Virus record (IMG/VR): IMGVR_UViG_3300025892_000010
DNA length: 64,000 nucleotides
DNA from: a virus
Reading direction: 5' to 3' (one strand)
Under the pieces are notes generated by a model that worked only from the letters and a program-made list of their open reading frames with translations, was not told the DNA's origin and searched no databases. Shown piece by piece: positions 38,839-45,526 of the stretch. Within the stretch, counting starts at the first letter, position 1. Every line of letters starts with the position of its first letter. A program made the position numbers and the translations under genes.

Positions 38839-39259
38839 CTGTACTCGCTTCGTTAGGTTTCTTACCTATATTATATTTAGCGTTCAAAGTCCATTCGTTC
38901 TTTTCTTTATATGGCAAGACTTTGATTTGAGATAAAGGTGCTTTGTCTTCTACTTTAGATTTGTCAACAATATCTATTAAGTTCCAGTCTTGTAATAATA
39001 AAGCTATAGTATTTCTTCTTTGAATATCGTTGTTAACAAGTGTTGATGATTTACCGTCTAAAGCAAATAATTCTTTAAAATGTGTTATAAAGTATTTACC
39101 TTGTTTATGTAAAATATGGCAAGATTGAAATAATGTTTTATCTTTTCTACTTGCGACACCGATTCTTGTTAGGGTTTCTCTGACTTTTAAGAAGTCATCT
39201 GGTTGTTTGATGGTGACCTCAAGCATTTGCTCTGGCGACCAGTTAATATTTTCACTCAT
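38810..39259 (-). CDS. regA: Translational repressor RegA
   Basis: DDFLKVRETLTRIG, CHILHKQG. Confidence 0.95.
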   Translation of the reverse strand: MSENINWSPEQMLEVTIKQPDDFLKVRETLTRIGVASRKDKTLFQSCHILHKQGKYFITHFKELFALDGKSSTLVNNDIQRRNTIALLLQDWNLIDIVDKSKVEDKAPLSQIKVLPYKEKNEWTLNAKYNIGKKPNEASTDEGNAGKQV

Positions 39260-39651
39260 TTGTTCTTTCTCCCACCTTTAGTAAGGCTCATTTTTAATTC
39301 TTCAATCTGGCCATCTGAAAGTAGGTTAAGAATTTCTTTTGCTTTGTTATTACTATATCCATAATACTCTTTAACAACGTCTAAATTCTTTAGTTTGGAT
39401 TGTGATAACCACTTCCCACCAAATCGCTTCTTTTTTCTAATACTATTTATCAAATAGTGAAATTGCATACGCTTTGGTAGAAAATGCAAGCCGTTCATTT
39501 CGTTGCTATGCATTATTGTATCGTAAAACATAGACAGGCAACGATTGATTACAAACGGTGGAAATTTCTTTTCCCACGTTTTATCGTCACTATCTAGGAG
39601 TGGTTCTTTTGTTTCGTTAATCGCTTTTAGATAATCTTTTAGTTCGTACAT
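39256..39651 (-). CDS. gp62: Clamp loader small subunit (gp62)
   Basis: Position between gp44 and regA; start MYELKDYL. Confidence 0.88.
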   Translation of the reverse strand: MYELKDYLKAINETKEPLLDSDDKTWEKKFPPFVINRCLSMFYDTIMHSNEMNGLHFLPKRMQFHYLINSIRKKKRFGGKWLSQSKLKNLDVVKEYYGYSNNKAKEILNLLSDGQIEELKMSLTKGGRKNK

Positions 39652-39769
39652 TCGCTCTGCCCATATAATAATCACCTGGCTCATAGTTCCACCTTTTACC
39701 GTGGTGACCTCTTACATCTGCATAAGCCATTCTTATCTTTACAATTAATTTTCTTAATGTTAATACCAT
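39617..39769 (-). CDS. 50-aa hypothetical protein
   Basis: MVLTLRKLIVKIRMAYADVRGHHGKRWNYEP..., abutting the gp44 stop. Confidence 0.45.
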   Translation of the reverse strand: MVLTLRKLIVKIRMAYADVRGHHGKRWNYEPGDYYMGRANVRTKRLSKSD

Positions 39770-40714
39770 TTACTTAAACTTACAATTTGCCATTATTTCT
39801 GTCAAACAAGCGACCATATTAATCTCTTGGTCAGCAACAAAGGCTGATTTATATTGATACCCAGCAATAACTAATACTGCTTGAGGTACAGAATTACCCT
39901 CTAAATTCGTGTACAATAAATTATATATTGTTGAAAATAAAGAAGATGGTTCTTTATCAAGATTATTTATTACCCATTTTCGCATATCGTTAAATCTTTT
40001 TTCTTTTAATATCTTAACCAACTCTTTTGTGTTGGCTTCAGATAGACTAAACAATATACCACTATCAATCTTACCATTTACTGAATATCTTTGAAGCTCA
40101 TTGATAGTACGTCTAAAGTCTGGATAATGCTTTTGAATTAACTCAGCAAGAACCTTTTGGTCGTACTGAACCTCTTCCTGGTCAAGTATTTTACCTAGTC
40201 GTTTAAGAAACGCCTGTGCTGTCTTTACTTTCTGACCATTCTTGATTGCAAAATCAATAACGGTACAACGACTATGTAATGCTGGTAAAATTTTACTCTT
40301 ATAGTTGCAAGTAAATATGAATCTACAATTACTATGAAAGGTCTCAATGAAGTTTCTTAAAGCAGGTTGAACACTATCAGCGTTCATATAATCTGCCTCA
40401 TCTACAATCACGACTTTATGACCAGCTGATTCTGTCAATGAAACGGTAGACGCAAAGTTTTTAATCTTGTTTCTTAACGTATCAATTTGACGGCCTTCAT
40501 CTGAACCATTGATAATAATGTAGTCAACACCTAACTCTTCACATAAAGCACGTGCTACGGTAGTTTTACCAGTACCAGCTGTGCCAGATAATAGTAAGTT
40601 AGGTATTTCTTTTTGTTTTAAAAACTCTGAAAATGTCTTTTTAGTATCTTCAGGTAAAATACAATCACGTATTTTTTTAGGACGGTATTTTTCAACCCAC
40701 AAAAAATCACTCAT
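39770..40714 (-). CDS. gp44: Clamp loader large subunit (gp44)
   Basis: WVEKYRP, GTAGTGKT, DEAD, SRC. Confidence 0.95.
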   Translation of the reverse strand: MSDFLWVEKYRPKKIRDCILPEDTKKTFSEFLKQKEIPNLLLSGTAGTGKTTVARALCEELGVDYIIINGSDEGRQIDTLRNKIKNFASTVSLTESAGHKVVIVDEADYMNADSVQPALRNFIETFHSNCRFIFTCNYKSKILPALHSRCTVIDFAIKNGQKVKTAQAFLKRLGKILDQEEVQYDQKVLAELIQKHYPDFRRTINELQRYSVNGKIDSGILFSLSEANTKELVKILKEKRFNDMRKWVINNLDKEPSSLFSTIYNLLYTNLEGNSVPQAVLVIAGYQYKSAFVADQEINMVACLTEIMANCKFK

Positions 40715-40725
40715 ATGCCCTACCT

Positions 40726-41388
40726 CTAAAATTCAGAGTCAGGTTCAATAGCAATCCAATACTGAATTGGTTTGCCTTTAGCTATAAAGTGAGATATTTT
40801 CTGTTGTGAAATTGCAACATCATAATCATCTGGTAACATCTTCATATTTTCTGTCTTAAAATAAGCAGTAAATGTTTTATCTGTATCACCTAATGATATT
40901 GAATAGTCGTTTGATGGTGTCTTTTTATCAACAGCAACAATACTCATAGTCTTACCATCACCTTTTACTGCAATGTCTGGTAGATTTAAAGTATTTACAC
41001 CTCTCATAAGTTTAGCAAGGTTATCTTTAGTCAATGTAAAGGTAACATACTTATCAGGCATATTGATTGTTTTTGTTGGTGCAACAACAACCGACTTATC
41101 TGCAAAGAAATATTTGATTGATTGTCTTCCGTTTGCGTCTTTGATTGTCATATTCTGACTACCATTAAATTTAAGTTCAGACTTATCAAATAAGTCATAT
41201 GCTCTTAAAAATTCTGGTAAATCATAGATAGCAAACTCACTTTCAAACTTCTCTTTAATTTCAGCCTCTGCTAAAATGTTTTTTAACGTAGAGATAGTTT
41301 GAATCTTACTGCCAGGTTTAACAAGAATATTCTGATTGATGTCAGAAAAATTTTTGAGAATGGCAATGGTATCACTTGTTAGGTTCAT
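40726..41388 (-). CDS. gp45: Sliding clamp (gp45)
   Basis: LKNFSDINQ, IYDLPEFL, YWIAIE. Confidence 0.93.
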   Translation of the reverse strand: MNLTSDTIAILKNFSDINQNILVKPGSKIQTISTLKNILAEAEIKEKFESEFAIYDLPEFLRAYDLFDKSELKFNGSQNMTIKDANGRQSIKYFFADKSVVVAPTKTINMPDKYVTFTLTKDNLAKLMRGVNTLNLPDIAVKGDGKTMSIVAVDKKTPSNDYSISLGDTDKTFTAYFKTENMKMLPDDYDVAISQQKISHFIAKGKPIQYWIAIEPDSEF

Positions 41389-41413
41389 TATATAGTTCTC
41401 CTCATAATTTAAT

Positions 41414-41487
41414 TGGAGCGGCTAGTAGGTAACGCTCCTACGTCTGCGAGTTGGTAACCCGCCGTAATACTTTTATACGATAGCCGC
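41414..41487 (-). tRNA. tRNA-Gly, anticodon ACC, non-canonical D/T loops
   Basis: GCGGCTA/TAGCCGC acceptor stem, U73, encoded CCA, anticodon loop TTACCAA, T-arm GTAGG-AGCGTTA-CCTAC. Confidence 0.85.
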
Positions 41488-41494
41488 ATTATTT

Positions 41495-41523
41495 AATATA
41501 TCAAATTTCATTGAAATTGGCAA
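41495..41523 (-). promoter_or_regulatory. Sigma70-type promoter for tRNA and gp45
   Basis: TTGCCA-17-TATATT; predicted start lies at the tRNA 5' end. Confidence 0.7.
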
Positions 41524-41534
41524 TGCTCCTTTGA

Positions 41535-42800
41535 TTATATAAGGACAAGTTCATTTTGTTTATGTACCTTGCCTATAACTGGTAAGGTTCCGTATATTTC
41601 CACATTTGTGTTAATAATAGGTAGTACAACCTCGCCGTTAATTTGTCTTTTAAAGTAAGAGTTACCAATATTAATTACTTCTTGAGCGTAATTTGTATTG
41701 TGATTTTTAACTCTTTCATCATATTGTTCTTCTAATTTTTGAATTGTATTCATAGTATCTAAAGTAGATGTATGTAATACAAGTCTAATAGTTTTACCTG
41801 CAAAGTTAGTATTGTTTGCAATAGCAGCTACTCTGGATAAATTTTTAGTCCAGTATGAAGCCGCACCTATAACATACAAATATTCATTTAGATGTTTTTC
41901 ACCTAGTTTAGTTTGTACATAACAAGATTCTTTAGCAGACAAACCACTATTAGGATATTGGTCTTTTGCTTTCTTATAACCTTGTTCTATCATCCAATCG
42001 TGTACTCTTTCAGGAGTCCAAGAATTAATATAAGGTCTTGAAGCATTATTATTTAAAAGTGATTGAGCTATAATGTTTTTAGTATTGTCTGTAAAATGAC
42101 TACCCTCGGTAACTTCATTTACCCAAGCATTAATCTCATCTAAATTTTTACCTAAATCTAAATCATTAATTAGTTCTTGACCTACTAAAATTACATCACC
42201 AGTTGAAGCAACACCTGTTGGGTCATCAATTAAATTAAACTTTAAATTATTTGTTGCTAAAGTTTTGTTATCTTTTACTGAATAAACGGCTACAATAGCA
42301 TTTTTAAAATCGCAAGTTTTCTTTAAAATTTCTACCCTAGTTCTACCTGTTAAAAATCTAATTGAACCATCTGGATATTCAACGATTGCTATAGGGTTGT
42401 ATTTTAATTTAAAACCGTTTTCTAAAATAGAGTTTCTAATACCAATGTGTTTTTTATTAGTTGTAGCTCTACCTTTTTGTTTACCATATTTGTTTTTTAG
42501 ATTGTCAAATAATACATCTATATCTCTTAATTCAAATCTCTGAAAGAATAATCCTTTATCTTCTCTATCATATAATTCAGGATAGGCTTCTTTAACAATA
42601 AGTCTATCGTGTGTTTTTAAATTCTCATCTGTAAATCTATCCGTATTATTAACGTTTACAATAATTGAATTGTCGTTATTAATAATTTTTGGTTGTGATT
42701 GAATATCAAAAGCTGTGTCTAGCCTTTGATTAGTTTGTGGAATATTTAATGTCATAATTACTTTCTGCGACCTTTGTCGCTTTTCAATTTGTTTATACAA
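41535..42800 (-). CDS. Hypothetical protein with ParB/Srx-like segment
   Basis: SILENGF...PIAIV...FLTGRTR. Confidence 0.45.
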   Translation of the reverse strand: MYKQIEKRQRSQKVIMTLNIPQTNQRLDTAFDIQSQPKIINNDNSIIVNVNNTDRFTDENLKTHDRLIVKEAYPELYDREDKGLFFQRFELRDIDVLFDNLKNKYGKQKGRATTNKKHIGIRNSILENGFKLKYNPIAIVEYPDGSIRFLTGRTRVEILKKTCDFKNAIVAVYSVKDNKTLATNNLKFNLIDDPTGVASTGDVILVGQELINDLDLGKNLDEINAWVNEVTEGSHFTDNTKNIIAQSLLNNNASRPYINSWTPERVHDWMIEQGYKKAKDQYPNSGLSAKESCYVQTKLGEKHLNEYLYVIGAASYWTKNLSRVAAIANNTNFAGKTIRLVLHTSTLDTMNTIQKLEEQYDERVKNHNTNYAQEVINIGNSYFKRQINGEVVLPIINTNVEIYGTLPVIGKVHKQNELVLI

Positions 42801-42834
42801 ACAACAAAATTTTTTGTTTTAGTTTATATAATCC

Positions 42835-42865
42835 TATTTATACACTAAAGGCGTCCCATTGTCAA
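42835..42865 (-). promoter_or_regulatory. Overlapping sigma70 and late promoter
   Basis: TTGACA-17-TATAAA(TA). Confidence 0.6.
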
Positions 42866-42891
42866 TGCTGGAACGCCTCTAGTTTTAATCA

Positions 42892-43344
42892 TTATTTAAT
42901 ATTGATTGTTCTAGCCTTTTTATGGTCTGGAATAATCTTCTCTAAAGATACTCTTAAAAGTCCATCTTTTAATTCAGCACCTTTAACTTCAACGTCATCA
43001 GCGATTGTAAATGATTTAGTGAAGTTTCTTTTAGCAATGCCTTTGTGTAATACACCGTCATTGTCTTCTACTTCTTTTTCATCTTTATCTTTTACAGATT
43101 TAATTACAAGAACATTGTCCTCATAGTTTACTGATATATCTTTTTTACCATAACCTGCTAATGCCACCTCAATATTATATGTTAAAGAACCTGTCTTTAC
43201 AATATTGTATGGTGGATAGTTGTTAGCCGTCATATGTGGTAGATGATTTGATATTGTATCAAAATGGTCAAACATTTCGTCAAACCCCACGGTAAACGGT
43301 TTTAGTCCAGTAAAAATTGAATGAATTGCTTTGTGATTGGTCAT
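42892..43344 (-). CDS. hsp20: Small heat-shock protein Hsp20 (IbpA-like)
   Basis: NYPPYNI, EVALAG, HKGIAKR, LKDGLL. Confidence 0.93.
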   Translation of the reverse strand: MTNHKAIHSIFTGLKPFTVGFDEMFDHFDTISNHLPHMTANNYPPYNIVKTGSLTYNIEVALAGYGKKDISVNYEDNVLVIKSVKDKDEKEVEDNDGVLHKGIAKRNFTKSFTIADDVEVKGAELKDGLLRVSLEKIIPDHKKARTINIK

Positions 43345-43347
43345 TAG

Positions 43348-43399
43348 AACCTCCTTATTTTAAGCAAAGTTAATATTTGATACCTCTTATGAGCGTATC
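43348..43399 (-). promoter_or_regulatory. ROSE-like RNA thermometer in the hsp20 5' UTR
   Basis: AACTTTGCTT-AAAAT-AAGGAGGTT (UUGCU opposite the SD) preceded by hairpin GATACGCTC-ATAA-GAGGTATC. Confidence 0.6.
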
Positions 43400-43404
43400 A
43401 TTAT

Positions 43405-43437
43405 TATTTATATAGTCATTATATTTCATATTTCAAG
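43405..43437 (-). promoter_or_regulatory. RpoH-like promoter overlapping a late promoter
   Basis: CTTGAA...CTATAT overlapping TATAAATA. Confidence 0.5.
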
Positions 43438-43780
43438 TGGTAGTTTTTCTTTTTTGAGTTTAAAACTACCAAAACATTAACTCGCAGCTTTAGTTTGTTT
43501 TTTTACAGGTGGTGCGAAACTAAGCGCAAATGCTAAAACAATCCACCATTGAGTTTCACTCTCGCTCTACTCAACAACTTTCAGGCAGAGGTAGGTCTCA
43601 CCCTCTTTATACTAACTTATCTTACTAAGCCTATCACCGTAGTGCTACGAAGACCAATGAGCCCAAAACTCATAATTCTTGGTGGTTTTTATAGAGACCA
43701 CCAACTCTACCGGTTCGTTAATAGATTAACAGGTCGGCAACCTCTCCACGCCAGCAGGACTTACGAGTTGCCCGCTCATC
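43438..43780 (-). ncRNA. Putative pseudoknot-rich structured RNA
   Basis: Several H-type pseudoknots and hairpins; no credible minus-strand ORF; GATAAATA at 43783-43790. Confidence 0.55.
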
Positions 43781-43814
43781 TATATTTATCATCATCTAGG
43801 CACAGGCGGGGAAA

Positions 43815-44024
43815 TTAGTAACCTCTTGTTTGTTCAAGTTTCTTCATCTTTTTCTTGAAGTTCTTGATACCCTCTTTTTTCTTCTCACGCTTGATTTCAC
43901 TAGGCTTTTGATAGTATTGTTTAGCTCTTAACTCTTTTACAATACCCTCTTTTTGTACTTTTTTCTTAAGCACTCTCATAGCTTTTTCAAGGTTTCCTTT
44001 TCTTACTTCTACAACTATTGACAA
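43815..44024 (-). CDS. rpsU: Ribosomal protein bS21
   Basis: VEVRKGNLEKAMRVLKKK...YYQKPSE; TTG start. Confidence 0.88.
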   Translation of the reverse strand: MSIVVEVRKGNLEKAMRVLKKKVQKEGIVKELRAKQYYQKPSEIKREKKKEGIKNFKKKMKKLEQTRGY

Positions 44025-44029
44025 ATTAA

Positions 44030-44149
44030 TTACCTTCCTTCCTTGTCGTTGTTATTAGAATCAATACAATTAAGTATTAAATATAAAACACCAATACTAA
44101 TTGGTATGGTTATAAACAAAAATAATATAGCACTCTCAATATCAAACAT
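44030..44149 (-). CDS. 39-aa membrane peptide
   Basis: MFDIESAILFLFITIPISIGVLYLILNCIDSNNNDKEGR. Confidence 0.5.
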   Translation of the reverse strand: MFDIESAILFLFITIPISIGVLYLILNCIDSNNNDKEGR

Positions 44150-44160
44150 AAATTCTTTCC

Positions 44161-44219
44161 GTGTAAAAACGGTGACGAGGCCACTACACCTCGCCACCAA
44201 GGACTTACACTATGATAAT
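44161..44219 (-). ncRNA. 3'-UTR antisense element plus terminator hairpin (candidate sRNA)
   Basis: TTATCATAGTGTAAGTCCTT followed by GGTGGCGAGGT-GTAGTG-GCCTCGTCACC and GTTTTT. Confidence 0.55.
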
Positions 44220-45416
44220 TTAGATAACGTCAGCGTCATCCGAGGATTCATCTTCCTCATCCGTTTGAGAGTCAACTTCAGCTTTTCTCTGGTCTTCAGC
44301 GATTTGCTCGGCAGAAGCACCAGCGTCCACTTTAGTGTATAACTCCATAAACGAATTCTTTGTATCATCATCAAATCTATTCGTACAAACTTCAATAGCT
44401 TTTATTTTTTGATTAAAGATTGTATAGGCTTGAATAATGTGGACTAATCTTCTCGTTGAGATAATCTCATCAACACCACCGTCAAAGTAGGTTTTTCTGA
44501 TTACATCAGCCCAAGTTACCAACTTCTTACAAAAGTCGGCGTCTTTTTTACCAGACTTGGCAAGAGTACCAACTAGGATTTTTTCTTCAATCTTAGCAGT
44601 AGGATACTTTTGCTCAAAGGTAATTGGAAATCTTTCCAAGAACGCTTCGTTAAGTACGTTAGTACCTATAAATTTACCGTCATCACTACCTTGACCTTTT
44701 GTATTGGCAGTAGCAACAACATTGAAGCCATTAGCAGGTTTTACAAACTTGTTAATCTTCTTAACATAAACACCTGAGCCTTCAAGTATCGGTTGTAAAC
44801 ACATAATCTTGTTAGAGGCAAGGTCAATCTCATCAAGAAGCAACAATGCACCTCTCTCCATCGCCTCAATAACAGGACCATTTTGCCAAACGGTCTGACC
44901 ATCTTTAAGTCTGTAACCACCTAAAAGGTCATCTTCATCTGTTTCAATTGTAATGTTAACCCTAATCAGTTCTTTTCTTGCTTCGGCACAAGCTTGGGTC
45001 ACACCCATAGTTTTACCGTTACCAGATAAACCTGTAATGAATACAGGATAAAACATATTAGATTTTACAATTGATTTTAAATCGGGATAATTACCGAATG
45101 ATACGAACACAGGATCCTTTTTAGGAACAATGTCGCCAACTAATGAAGATACCACATAGGCAGCTTCAGAGTTAGTTGTAGTTTCAATAGGTAAAACTTT
45201 TTCAGTTTCGCCTTTAGTTTTAACTACTTCGTTTTCAGTAGGTAATTTAAAGAGTGATTTGCCAACTTTGAAATCACTATTTTTTATCAACCATTGTGGC
45301 GCATACTTGCAACCAAAATGTTTGTTGGCGCTCTTTAATTGAGTCACCGTCAATTCGTTTGTACCAAACTTTTTAACAGCATAGTCAACGAATTCTTGTT
45401 GTTTAGCATTTAACAT
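44220..45416 (-). CDS. MoxR/CobS-like AAA+ ATPase
   Basis: GLSGNGKT, LLLDEID, ATANT, AFLERF, STRR. Confidence 0.88.
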   Translation of the reverse strand: MLNAKQQEFVDYAVKKFGTNELTVTQLKSANKHFGCKYAPQWLIKNSDFKVGKSLFKLPTENEVVKTKGETEKVLPIETTTNSEAAYVVSSLVGDIVPKKDPVFVSFGNYPDLKSIVKSNMFYPVFITGLSGNGKTMGVTQACAEARKELIRVNITIETDEDDLLGGYRLKDGQTVWQNGPVIEAMERGALLLLDEIDLASNKIMCLQPILEGSGVYVKKINKFVKPANGFNVVATANTKGQGSDDGKFIGTNVLNEAFLERFPITFEQKYPTAKIEEKILVGTLAKSGKKDADFCKKLVTWADVIRKTYFDGGVDEIISTRRLVHIIQAYTIFNQKIKAIEVCTNRFDDDTKNSFMELYTKVDAGASAEQIAEDQRKAEVDSQTDEEDESSDDADVI

Positions 45417-45456
45417 AGTGTATTGTCCTTTCGCTTTCATTATTAATTATACGTAT

Positions 45457-45485
45457 ATCCTATCATACTGATTCGCTTTTGGCAA
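45457..45485 (-). promoter_or_regulatory. Early sigma70-type promoter
   Basis: TTGCCA-17-TAGGAT. Confidence 0.7.
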
Positions 45486-45526
45486 CCCATAAAATTTATG
45501 AGACCAGGTAAGGGTTGTGGAACCCA

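Noticed and set aside
43438-43790. tmRNA, suggested by the multiple pseudoknots
   Set aside because: No tRNA-Ala-like acceptor or T-arm ending in CCA, and no recognisable tag reading frame.
43549-43818. 89-aa plus-strand ORF over the structured region
   Set aside because: TTG start, opposite to the genome's coding strand, no protein-like features; base-pairing explains the region better.
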